The notes beneath the pieces are model-generated. The model was not told the origin of the DNA, made no database searches, and worked only from the letters and a program-made list of their open reading frames with translations. A program made the translations under genes and the position numbers. 64,000 nt of DNA from Deltaproteobacteria bacterium (GTDB lineage Bacteria; Myxococcota; Kuafuiibacteriia; Kuafuiibacteriales; Kuafuiibacteriaceae): positions 128,001-192,000 of the forward strand of contig JAVJQW010000007.1 of assembly GCA_040218735.1 (NCBI GenBank). Direction: 5' to 3'. This document shows positions 1 through 10,704 of this stretch, in pieces. The number at the start of each line of letters is the position of its first letter. Position 1 is the stretch's first letter.

Positions 1-2
1 TT

Positions 3-1814
3 CAGTGGACGCCGACGGAGAGCGCGCGCCTCGGGCTGGCGCGGGCCCTGTGCGCGCTGGGGGAGATCGAAGAGTTGACGCGGGTCGTGGACGAAGCGGT
101 CGCGCACCGCGAGGCGTCCGCGGCGTTCGTCGCGCTGCTCGTCGAGGTGGTCGACGACGACGTCCTCCGCGCGCGCTACGAGACACTCACGCGTTACTTC
201 GAAGACGGCGACGCAGCCTCCGTGCAACTCCTCTTGCGGATCGCTTCGCGCCTCGACGACGCCGCCGGGGCCAAGCGACACGCCGCGCGGCTGCGGGCGA
301 TGGGCGCCGACGGTCATTCGCTCCGCGAGCTGGTCGTCGAGCTCGCCGACGCGGAGGAGACGACCCTCGTCGTCGACAACCTCGCGGGGTACTGGCGCTC
401 GCGCGAGAAGAAGCCGCGGGCCCCGCGGGGCGAGGCGTCCGCGGGGGAGGCGATCGACGTCATCGCGCACCTCGGTGCGATCGAACGCACGTACCCCGTC
501 GACCGCTGGACGATCGACGGCGTGCACGTGTGGCCGATGATCCGCGGGGCGATCGGTTTCGGACGCCTGGCCGCCGCGCGCGGGCAGGCCACCTTCGACC
601 GCGAGGCCAAGACCGCGTGGCGCCGGCGCATCGGTGATCTCCGCGGGCTCACACCGCGCGAGCTCGCACCGGCCGACGTCGTGTTCTTCGGCACCGCGAG
701 CCAGCGCGTCGAGGTCGACGACGTGTGGATGGATCAGCTCTTCGATCCCCTCGTCGATGTCCTCGAAGCGCGCGGCGCGACGAGTGTGCACTTCGAGTAT
801 CGGTCCGACGGACAGCGCTACCGCACCCCGCAGCTGCGGCCCTCGCTCCGCATCCGTCCGCACCTGGAGGGCCTCGTGAAGAGCGCGCCGCGCGGCCCGA
901 CGTGGGACGTGTCGATGGAGGGCTTCGAAGCGCTCGCGGCCGACGAGCCCGCCGCGCGCAACGTCGCGTTCTACGCGCTGAAGGTGCACCAGCTCCTCCG
1001 AATCGCCGACGTCTTCGAGCGCTACCTCGTGCGCCTGAAGCCGCGCTGCGTGGTCATCAACTGCTACTTCGGTACGCTCGGGTGGTCGTTGCTGCTCGCG
1101 GCGCGGCGTCTATCGATCCCCACCGTGGACCTCCAACACGGTGTGACGAGCGGGCACCCGATGTACGAAGGCCTGACCCGCCACCCGCCGCGCGGTTACC
1201 AGCTCCTGCCCGACACCTTCTGGAGCTGGTCCGAGGAAGATCGCGATCGCATCACCGCGTGGGGCGGACGCGCCGTTACGGGCGGACACCCGTGGGTCAC
1301 GTTCTGCACCGACCAACCCACGCCCGACGCGCTCCCGCGCGGTGACTTCAACGTGCTGCTGTCGCTCAACTGGGCTTCGGGGTTCGACCGACGACTGGAG
1401 GCGCTGATCCAGAACAGCCCCCCGGAGTGGACGTGGTGGGTTCGCCTCCACCCCAAGATGCTCGATCAGCTCGACGAGATCCGTTTGCGTTGCGGCGGCC
1501 ACCCGCGAGTGTTCGTCGAGGTGCCGACGCAGCTCCCGCTGCCGGTCGTCCTGCGCGCCGCCGACGTGCACCTCACGCTGTCGTCGACCGTCACGCAGGA
1601 GGCCGCGCGCCTCGGCGTGCCCACCGTGACGCTCGACGCTCGCACGAAGCTCATCTACGCCGCGGAGATGAACGCGGGCTGGGCGCGTTACGCCGACGAT
1701 GACGTGATCGCCGCCATCCGTGCACAGGTCGCGGCGGCGAAGGGGCGGACGCCGATGCGGCCGTACCCGGGGCGCGACGCGATGTCCGACGCGTTCGACA
1801 TCTTGCTTCCCTGA
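3..1814 (+). CDS. Capsule/surface polysaccharide biosynthesis protein (GT-B-like fold, TPR-like N-terminus), 5'-truncated
   Basis: Frame is open from the window start (QWTPTESARLGLARALCALG...). Contains IPTVDLQHG, PDTFWSW, VRLHPK and SSTVTQEAARLGVPTV motifs typical of capsule biosynthesis/GT-B proteins. First gene of a glycosyltransferase run. Confidence 0.6.
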   Translation, partial: QWTPTESARLGLARALCALGEIEELTRVVDEAVAHREASAAFVALLVEVVDDDVLRARYETLTRYFEDGDAASVQLLLRIASRLDDAAGAKRHAARLRAMGADGHSLRELVVELADAEETTLVVDNLAGYWRSREKKPRAPRGEASAGEAIDVIAHLGAIERTYPVDRWTIDGVHVWPMIRGAIGFGRLAAARGQATFDREAKTAWRRRIGDLRGLTPRELAPADVVFFGTASQRVEVDDVWMDQLFDPLVDVLEARGATSVHFEYRSDGQRYRTPQLRPSLRIRPHLEGLVKSAPRGPTWDVSMEGFEALAADEPAARNVAFYALKVHQLLRIADVFERYLVRLKPRCVVINCYFGTLGWSLLLAARRLSIPTVDLQHGVTSGHPMYEGLTRHPPRGYQLLPDTFWSWSEEDRDRITAWGGRAVTGGHPWVTFCTDQPTPDALPRGDFNVLLSLNWASGFDRRLEALIQNSPPEWTWWVRLHPKMLDQLDEIRLRCGGHPRVFVEVPTQLPLPVVLRAADVHLTLSSTVTQEAARLGVPTVTLDARTKLIYAAEMNAGWARYADDDVIAAIRAQVAAAKGRTPMRPYPGRDAMSDAFDILLP

Positions 1815-1835
1815 TGTTACCGCCTGCGGCGCGTC

Positions 1836-3533
1836 GTGGGTGAGCACTGGGCACGTCCGCGCATCCCCGGCGGAGCGCGTGTTCGCTACGTCGGTGCGTC
1901 GTCACCCGACGCGACCTGGACGGCGGAGGATCCGCAGTACGTCGTCGCGGATGTGGAGGTCGTCGACGACGTCGACACGATCGAGGTCCCCGCGGGTGCG
2001 ACGCTCGTGCTCACCGTCGCGCGCGGCGCCGCGTACGATCTCTTGGAGCGCCTGGCCGGCGCCTACGATCTCGAGTTCTTCGAGCGCCACGGCGACATGC
2101 TCCACTACGTCGGCGTTCGCGAGGCGCGCCCGACCAAGAGCCCGCTCGAAGTCGTCCAGAAGGCGCTCGCGTTCCAGCGCAAACAGGTCGCCGCGCTGCG
2201 CGTCGAGCTCGAGCTCGCGAAGCAGCAGTACGTCGACACGCGCCGCTCGAAGACCTACCGCCTCGGGTGGGCGTTCGAGATGGCGACCAAGAACCCGCGT
2301 GACGCGCTGAAGCTCCCGCTGCGGATCAAGAACCTCGACGTCCCGTACGAGCCGCCTCCGCCTCCGCCGCCGCACCCGCGGGCGGCGCAGCTCTCGGGCG
2401 CGCTGGAGCGCTTCGTCGAACACGCACGCACCGCGCCGGGGGAGGAGGTCGTCTTCCTCTTCTCGGGCACGACGTTCATCCAGCCGCGCCGCGCGAACCG
2501 GCCGATTCGACTCGCGCGCATGATGCTCGAGCGCGGGATCTTCACGCTCTTCAGCTACCACGGGACGTTGGCCGAAGATCCGCGCCCTGCGTACCAACAC
2601 GACCGGCTCCTCGAGATCCCGGTGCAGTTCACGCAACAGGTCATCGCCGACATCGCGCGCGCGGACTTCGGCGACAAACGGAAGATCCTGTTCGTCAGTT
2701 ATCCGCACGAGCTGGTCGCGTACCGGCTGAACCTCTTCAACACGCAGGGGTGGGCGTCGATCTACGACTGCCGCGACGACTGGGAGGCGTTCCACGAGGT
2801 CGGGCAGGCGGCGTGGTATCGGCCCGAGGTCGAACGTTACGTCGTCAACAACGTGGATCAGACCTACTGCGTCTCGCGTCCGCTCGCCGCGAAGATGGCG
2901 TCCCTCTCCTTCGAGCGCCCGGTCGGCGTCTCCCCGAACGCGTACGACTCGGCGTTCCTCGCCGCAGACTACGAACGCACGCCGACCGACGAGGTCGTGA
3001 TCGGCTACTTCGGTCACCTCTCGGCGGCGTGGTTCGACTGGGCGGGCCTCGCGAAGATCGCCGCCGCGCGCCCGTCGTGGCGGTTCGAGATCATCGGTCA
3101 CCTCGGCCCCGCGGATCCGGACGTACCGCCGAACGTGCACCTGCTCGGCTCGAAGACCCACTCGGAGATCTGCCGCATCGCGCGGCGGTGGCGCGTGGGC
3201 ATCATCCCGTTCTCGATCGGCCCGGTCGCGGAGGCCGTGGACCCGATCAAGATCTACGAGTACTTCGCGCTGGGGTTGCCGGTCGTCTCGTTCCGGATGC
3301 CGCAGATCGACGACTACCCGCACACCCGCACGGTCGAGTCCGTCCCGGAGTTCGTACGTGCGCTCGACGCCGCCGTCGAAGAGCCCGTCGACGCCGAGCG
3401 GCTCGCGAAGTTCATCGCCGACAACACGTGGGCGCATCGCCTCGACCAGCTGATGGGCCGCGCGCGTGAAGTGCTCGCGGCGCCGCCGTTCGAGAAGCAG
3501 CTCCACGCGAAGGGGGCGTCGTGCGAATCCTGA
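1836..3533 (+). CDS. Glycosyltransferase (GT4/TuaH-like) with N-terminal coiled coil
   Basis: YDCRDDW, IGYFGHL and DPIKIYEYFALGLPVVS motifs. Heptad segment QKALAFQRKQVAALRVELELAKQQY precedes the GT domain. Confidence 0.8.
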   Translation: MGEHWARPRIPGGARVRYVGASSPDATWTAEDPQYVVADVEVVDDVDTIEVPAGATLVLTVARGAAYDLLERLAGAYDLEFFERHGDMLHYVGVREARPTKSPLEVVQKALAFQRKQVAALRVELELAKQQYVDTRRSKTYRLGWAFEMATKNPRDALKLPLRIKNLDVPYEPPPPPPPHPRAAQLSGALERFVEHARTAPGEEVVFLFSGTTFIQPRRANRPIRLARMMLERGIFTLFSYHGTLAEDPRPAYQHDRLLEIPVQFTQQVIADIARADFGDKRKILFVSYPHELVAYRLNLFNTQGWASIYDCRDDWEAFHEVGQAAWYRPEVERYVVNNVDQTYCVSRPLAAKMASLSFERPVGVSPNAYDSAFLAADYERTPTDEVVIGYFGHLSAAWFDWAGLAKIAAARPSWRFEIIGHLGPADPDVPPNVHLLGSKTHSEICRIARRWRVGIIPFSIGPVAEAVDPIKIYEYFALGLPVVSFRMPQIDDYPHTRTVESVPEFVRALDAAVEEPVDAERLAKFIADNTWAHRLDQLMGRAREVLAAPPFEKQLHAKGASCES

Positions 3534-4552
3534 TCGGCTACCGGTACGGCGTCGTCGGGGGCGTCTGCACGCAGCTCTTCAACCGGATGAAACACGTCGC
3601 CGACCTCGACGGCGTGGACGTGACGTTCTTCTTCGTACGCGACTACGGCGCGCAGGCGATGCTCGAGCCGTACGGGCGCGTCGTCGTCGGCGACCCCGAC
3701 GTCATGAAGTCGCTCCTGGTGCGCGAGCGGTTCGACGTCGTCGACATCATCGACACCCCCGAGCTCCTGGACGTCGCGCTCGCCGTGGATCCGAGCCGCG
3801 TCGTCGTCGAGGTCCACACGACCTACGAAGTCGCGCTCGAGTACCTCCGCGAATGCGCCGCGCGTCGGTTCATCGTCCCGTCGCAGTACTCCCGTCGACT
3901 GCTCGTCGAAGACTTCGGGGTGCCGGAGTCGAACGTCGAGGTCGTCTCGAACTGCATCGACGCCTCGTTGTTCACGGTCGAAGCCGCTCCCCTCGATCGC
4001 AAGATCGTCTCGTGGGTCGGCAAACTCGACGAACACAAGAACTGGCCCGCCTTCGTCGAGCTCGCAGGCCTGGTTGCGGCCGGGGAGCGCGACGTCGAGT
4101 TCTGGATGATCGGCGGCGAGGGCTCTTCGGAGCTCGCGAAGGCTGCGCTCCTGGAGATGGTCAGCGGCTACGGGCTCGACGGCCGGCTCCGGTGGTTCTC
4201 ACACCTCGACTACGCCGCGATGCCGAAGCTCCACGCCGCGGTCGGCGCGAGCGGCGGCGTCAACGTCGTGACCTCGCGGGATGAATCGTTCGGCATGAGC
4301 GTCGCCGAGGCCCTCCTCGCCGGCTGCCCCGTCGTTGCGCCGCGGGTCGGCGCGCTGCCCGAGCTGTGGGACGGGCCGGCGCTGCGCTTCAACGAAGCCA
4401 ACGACCAAGCCGCCGCCGGGCGTTCGATCCGGCGCGCGCTCCGCGACGACGGCGCCGCGCGTCGCGCGCTCCTCGAAGCGCGCTCCACGCTCGCCGAGCG
4501 CTGGGCGCCGTCCCGCGCGGGCGAGGCGTGGCTCGCCGCGCTCAGAACGTGA
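3521..4552 (+). CDS. Glycosyltransferase family 4
   Basis: MRILI...GGV start, WVGKLDEHKN, and the ESFGMSVAEALLAGCPVVAPRVGALPE GT4 signature. Overlaps the upstream stop. Confidence 0.9.
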   Translation: MRILIGYRYGVVGGVCTQLFNRMKHVADLDGVDVTFFFVRDYGAQAMLEPYGRVVVGDPDVMKSLLVRERFDVVDIIDTPELLDVALAVDPSRVVVEVHTTYEVALEYLRECAARRFIVPSQYSRRLLVEDFGVPESNVEVVSNCIDASLFTVEAAPLDRKIVSWVGKLDEHKNWPAFVELAGLVAAGERDVEFWMIGGEGSSELAKAALLEMVSGYGLDGRLRWFSHLDYAAMPKLHAAVGASGGVNVVTSRDESFGMSVAEALLAGCPVVAPRVGALPELWDGPALRFNEANDQAAAGRSIRRALRDDGAARRALLEARSTLAERWAPSRAGEAWLAALRT

Positions 4553-5663
4553 GCGTCGACGTCCCGGTGATCAGCGCCTGCATCTTCTCCGCGACGAGGT
4601 CGTTCCCCGCGCGTGAGAAGTGACCGCGACCATCCACGAACAGCGTCGCCGACTTCTTCGGATCGGTGCGGGCGATGCGGTGGAACGTGGGGTGTGTGTC
4701 GAACTTCAGCATCCCGGCGGCGGCGCCGCAATCCAGCATGCGGTGCGTCGGGTCGAGGTACTCGTTGGTGGTGGGGGCCTGCGTAGCGGGACGGCTGTAC
4801 GCCGACGTGATGATCCCGCGGATGCCGCGCGCCTTCAGCTTCTCGGCGAGGCGCTGAATGAGCATGCACCCGATCTTCTGTGCCTTCTCCCCGTCGTTGT
4901 ACGCGTAGTGCTCGGGGAAGTCGCCGATGTACCACTCCTTGGCGCGGTTCAGGCGGCGGTAGGTCCAGTCGACGAGGTAGCTGTAGCCGAACACCTTGCG
5001 CCCGAGGCCGACGTCTTCGATCGACGGTCGCGTCGGGGAGACGGGGACGTTGGTCAGCACGAGTTTGCCGTCGACGAGATCGAACAGTGGCTTCTCGACG
5101 CCGGTGCGGATCCGAAGCATCTGCCGCCACACGTCCTCCGGGACGATCATGAGGATCACCCACGCGGGATCGTGTTTCTCGAGCATCCGCTCGCCGCGCA
5201 GCACCGCCTGGTCGATGCCGTACCCGAACACCCCCGCGTTGAGGACGCGTTGGTTCAGCCGCGCTTCGAGGCGGGCGGGCATCGAGTCTTCGTCGTCGAC
5301 CTCGTCACCGAACATGAACGAGTCACCGAGCGTGATGATCGGCGGCCCCGGGAACTCACCGGGATTCGTGACGCGCAGGCCGTCGTCGTCGATCGTGACC
5401 TTCTTGTTCCACTGGTTGCGCGAGCTCGAAAAACCCGGCGTGGGGATCCAGCCCAGCTCCGGGTCGTAGGACGCGGGGAACGCGCTCTGGAAGAGGAGCA
5501 GCTTCGACAGCGCGAAGTTCTTGAACGCGAAGGTGTCGACCTCGTCGGAGAGCGCGCGCGCGCCGAGCTCCGCCGCGAGCAGGAAGAAAACGATGCTCGC
5601 GAGGACGAGCCCGATCTTCTCGAACACGTCGCGTATCCGCGACTTCTTCTTCGGCTCGGTCAT
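4542..5663 (-). CDS. Membrane-anchored SGNH/GDSL hydrolase-family protein (glycan acyl-modification)
   Basis: N-terminal TM (LAAELGAR), GDSFMFG block I, VLNAGVFGYGIDQ block II, C-terminal GRGHFSRAGN. Confidence 0.8.
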   Translation of the reverse strand: MTEPKKKSRIRDVFEKIGLVLASIVFFLLAAELGARALSDEVDTFAFKNFALSKLLLFQSAFPASYDPELGWIPTPGFSSSRNQWNKKVTIDDDGLRVTNPGEFPGPPIITLGDSFMFGDEVDDEDSMPARLEARLNQRVLNAGVFGYGIDQAVLRGERMLEKHDPAWVILMIVPEDVWRQMLRIRTGVEKPLFDLVDGKLVLTNVPVSPTRPSIEDVGLGRKVFGYSYLVDWTYRRLNRAKEWYIGDFPEHYAYNDGEKAQKIGCMLIQRLAEKLKARGIRGIITSAYSRPATQAPTTNEYLDPTHRMLDCGAAAGMLKFDTHPTFHRIARTDPKKSATLFVDGRGHFSRAGNDLVAEKMQALITGTSTLTF

Positions 5664-5667
5664 CCGA

Positions 5668-6499
5668 TCAGAAGCGGCCGACGACGCCGAGCTGCGCCCC
5701 GCCGCGGGTCGGCGCGATGGAGACCGTCGCGGTCGGCTCGTCGGCGGTGTCGATCAGCAGCCACGTGATGCCACCCGCCGCCGACACGACCCCGGCTGCG
5801 ACCAAGAGTCCAGAGATGACGCGCTTCGTGTTGATCGACTGCAGCTCCGAATCCAGCTCGGCGGGGCCGATGCCCACGATGCGCCCCTGGTTGTTTCGCA
5901 TCGCCAAGCGCTCGTCGACGCTCGCGAGCTCCCCCGACGCGACGAACCACAACACGGCCCCCGCCGCGAGCACGCCCGCGCCCGCGCCGAACAGGACGTA
6001 GCCGCCGACGGGCGCGGCGTGGGTCTCGTCGACGGTGACGCGTGCGGTGTTGTTGTTGCGGGGTGCGGACGCCGCTGCCTCCGCCGCGATGCGCGCCGCC
6101 TCGGCTTCCTCGCGTGCGCGCTCGGCGGCGGCGCGGAGGTCTTCGGCGGTCTCGCGCATCTTGGCGTTCTTCTTGCGCTCGCCGATCGTCGCGAGGTGCG
6201 CCTTGGCTTCGTTGCGTTCGTCGACGCTCAAGCCGGGGAGGTCGAGGTACCGGCGCCATAGCGGTTCGGCGGCGTCGATGTCGTCGGCCTCCTGGTACGA
6301 CTTCGCGGCGTTGCGGAGCTGCGCGGGGCGCTTCGACAGCTCGTACGCTTCGAGGAACAGCGCCGCGGCGCGTTGGTACTCCGCGCGTTTGTAGAGCTTG
6401 ATCGCGCGACGGGTGAGCGCGGCCGCCTGCTTCTTCTTCGCGCGCGCTTGGACCGGTGCGGGGGCGATGGCCACGCAGAACGCGACGAGGACGAACCCG

Positions 6500-6525
<26 letters not shown>
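5668..6525 (-). CDS. Secreted TPR protein (myxobacterial type) with C-terminal hydrophobic segments
   Basis: Signal peptide, TPR (LYKRAEYQRAAALFLEAYEL...RRYL), coiled coil, C-terminal 'VSIAPTRGGAQLGVVGRF'. Coupled to the upstream kinase. Confidence 0.7.
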
Positions 6526-8053
<1,528 letters not shown>

Positions 8054-8137
8054 GCCTTGAGCCTATGTCAGGCAGCGAAAGGTGTCATGATCCACACCTT
8101 TACTTCCCCCTACACGTCGGGAACGCTCCTGCACCCG

Positions 8138-8977
8138 ATGCCCGAGCTGCCCGAAGTCGAACGAGGACGAAAGATCGCGGAGGGCGCTGCGCTCGGTAAA
8201 CGCGTGATCGCCTGCGAAGTCGACGAAAACGACGACATCGTGTTCGACGGCGTCGATCCCCTCGCGGTCGCCGAGCTGCTGAAGGGCGCGCGGGTCACGG
8301 CCGTGCGGCGCCACGGCAAGCAGCTGTGGTTCGAGCTCGACCGTAGGCCATTCGTCCTCTTCCACTTCGGGATGACGGGTGCGTTCGTCGTCCCGAACGT
8401 CGCGCCGCTGGTCCTGGAGTCCACGCCGAAGAAGCAGGACCTGAGCTGGCCGCCGCGCTTCTCGAAGATTCGCATGACCTTCGACGACGGCGCGGAGCTC
8501 GCGATGGTGAACAAACGGCGCCTCGGTCGCATCCGACTACGCGAGCGCCCGGAGGAGGAGTCGCCGATCCGCGAGCTCGGCTTCGACCCGTACCTGGAGC
8601 TCCCGAAGCTCGCCGACTTCCGAGCGCTCCTCGCGCGGCGCAGCGTTACACTGAAAGGATTGCTCCTCGATCAGTCCTTCGCCGCGGGGGTCGGCAACTG
8701 GATCGCCGACGAGGTCCTCTACCAGGCGAAGCTCGATCCGCGCCGCAAGGTCGACGCGCTGTCCGCCGCCGAGCAGAAGGCGCTACACGGCGCGCTGAAG
8801 AAGGTCGTGCACAAGGCCGTCGCCGTGGAGGCCGACAAGACGCGCTTCCCGAAGAACTGGCTGTTCCACCGTCGCTGGGGCAAGGACAAGGACGCGGTGA
8901 CGGTCGCGGGCGATGCGATCGTGCACGCGACGATCGCGGGGCGCACCACGGCGTGGGTGCCCGCGGTGCAGAAGTGA
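8138..8977 (+). CDS. mutM: Fpg/Nei family DNA glycosylase (MutM-like, no zinc finger)
   Basis: ATG at 8138 gives the diagnostic MPELPEVE N-terminus. RHGKQL, HFGMTG, LLLDQSFAAGVGNWIADEVL (H2TH). C-terminus GRTTAWVPAVQK has no Cys. Confidence 0.92.
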   Translation: MPELPEVERGRKIAEGAALGKRVIACEVDENDDIVFDGVDPLAVAELLKGARVTAVRRHGKQLWFELDRRPFVLFHFGMTGAFVVPNVAPLVLESTPKKQDLSWPPRFSKIRMTFDDGAELAMVNKRRLGRIRLRERPEEESPIRELGFDPYLELPKLADFRALLARRSVTLKGLLLDQSFAAGVGNWIADEVLYQAKLDPRRKVDALSAAEQKALHGALKKVVHKAVAVEADKTRFPKNWLFHRRWGKDKDAVTVAGDAIVHATIAGRTTAWVPAVQK

Positions 8978-9039
8978 CCGAGGGCGCGTGAGACCCGGCA
9001 CGCTGGACTAAGTCTCGCGAGTGCGTTTGTTGGACGGTC

Positions 9040-9540
9040 GTGACCCCCCTCTTTCTCCTCGCGACGCTCGCCCTGACGGCCACCCCCGAGTCGCTCGTCT
9101 TCGTCGGCGACGCGTCGGTCGACATCGAGGGCATCTACGAGAAGGCGTTCACCAAGCAGCGGCTCGACGTCACGCTCACCAAGACCGACGACGGGTGGCT
9201 CGTCGCCTACGAAGGCAACGGCGTCGCCTGCCGCGTGAAGGCGACGGGGCCGCGCGACGCGATCGTGATCGCGCCGAAGCAGTCGTGCACCACGAAGGTG
9301 AACGATCGCGAGCACCGCGGAACCCTGGTCGCCTACGCGATCACCGGCACGCTGCGACGCGACGCCGACGGCAACGAGACCTTCGCGCTGTCCGCGCGCC
9401 TGCGCGCCGAGGACGCCTCGCGACACGTCCGGAAGGAGACGGTGCTCGGCACGATCGACACCTGGCTCCCGCTCGGCACACGCAGCGGGAGCGGGCGCTT
9501 CAAGGGAACACGTCCGCGCTCCGAGTCGTCGACCGATTGA
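9040..9540 (+). CDS. Hypothetical secreted protein
   Basis: Signal peptide-like start (MTPLFLLATLALTA), beta-rich sequence, host-like codon usage. Confidence 0.6.
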   Translation: MTPLFLLATLALTATPESLVFVGDASVDIEGIYEKAFTKQRLDVTLTKTDDGWLVAYEGNGVACRVKATGPRDAIVIAPKQSCTTKVNDREHRGTLVAYAITGTLRRDADGNETFALSARLRAEDASRHVRKETVLGTIDTWLPLGTRSGSGRFKGTRPRSESSTD

Positions 9541-9542
9541 GC

Positions 9543-10679
9543 TCAGACGACGTCGAGCACGGCGGCGGCGATGGCGTCGACGGTGGCGTCGTCGATGCCG
9601 ACCCACAACGGGAGCCGGACGAGGCGCGCCGAGAGGTCGTCGGTGTGTTCGAGCGAGCCGCTGGTTCGACCGAAGCGTTTCCCGGCCGGCGAGGAGTGCA
9701 GGGGGACGTAGTGGAAGACGGCCATGTAGCCGTCGTCGCGCAGGCGCTTGATGACGTTCGTCCGCACGTCGAGCGACTCCGCGAGCACATAGTACATATG
9801 GGCGTTGTGCACGCGACCGTCCGGGATGATCGGCCGGCGCACGCGACCGTCCGCCTCCGCGGCGGCGAACGCGTCGTGGTAACGGCGCCAGATCTCCAGG
9901 CGTCGATCCGTGATCCCACGCGCCGACTCGAACTGCGCCCACAAAAACGCCGCGACGACCTCGCCGGGGAGGAACGAGGAGCCGACGTCGACCCACGTGT
10001 ACTTGTCGACGTCGCCGCGGAAGAACGCGCTGCGGTTGGTGCCCTTCTCCCAGACGATCTCCGCGCGCTCCGCGAGCTCCGCGTCGTTGATCAACAGCGC
10101 GCCGCCTTCACCCGAGATGATGTTCTTCGTCTCGTGAAAGGAGAGCGCGCCGAGCGAGCCCATCGTGCCGAGCGCGCGGCCTTCGTAGCTCGCGAGCGCG
10201 CCCTGGGCGGCGTCTTCGATCACCATGATCCCGCGCGCGTTCGCGATCTCGAGGATCGCGTTCATGTCGCAGCCGACGCCCGCGTAGTGCACGACGACGA
10301 TCGCCTTGGTGCGTTCGGTGATCGCGGCTTCGATCTTCGACGGGTCGACGTTCAAGCAGGACGGCTCGACGTCGACGAACACCGGGACCCCGCCGCGGAG
10401 CACGAACGCGTTCGCGGTGGACACGAACGTGTACGAGGGCATCACGACCTCGTCGCCGGGCTCGATGCCCGCGAGGATCGCGCACATCTCGAGCGCGGCG
10501 GTGCACGAGTGGGTGAGGAGCGCCTTGTGCGTGCCGGTCGTGTCCTCGAGCCACTTCTGGCAGCGCTTCGTGAACTGACCGTTGCCGGCCGTCTGCCCCG
10601 CTTGGATGGCCTCCTGGATGTACTGGAGCTCCAGGCCCGTCGCGTACGGTTTGTTGAACGGGATCATCGGCCCCAACAT
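9543..10679 (-). CDS. rffA: dTDP-4-amino-4,6-dideoxygalactose transaminase (DegT/DnrJ family)
   Basis: IPFNKPY, SCTAALEM, EDAAQG, SFHETKNIISGEGG (PLP lysine), EKGTNRSAFFRGDVDKYTW, VFHYVPLH. Start may be 10667. Confidence 0.93.
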   Translation of the reverse strand: MLGPMIPFNKPYATGLELQYIQEAIQAGQTAGNGQFTKRCQKWLEDTTGTHKALLTHSCTAALEMCAILAGIEPGDEVVMPSYTFVSTANAFVLRGGVPVFVDVEPSCLNVDPSKIEAAITERTKAIVVVHYAGVGCDMNAILEIANARGIMVIEDAAQGALASYEGRALGTMGSLGALSFHETKNIISGEGGALLINDAELAERAEIVWEKGTNRSAFFRGDVDKYTWVDVGSSFLPGEVVAAFLWAQFESARGITDRRLEIWRRYHDAFAAAEADGRVRRPIIPDGRVHNAHMYYVLAESLDVRTNVIKRLRDDGYMAVFHYVPLHSSPAGKRFGRTSGSLEHTDDLSARLVRLPLWVGIDDATVDAIAAAVLDVV

Positions 10680-10704
10680 ATCCGGGGCCCGCGCGCCGGT
10701 CGAC

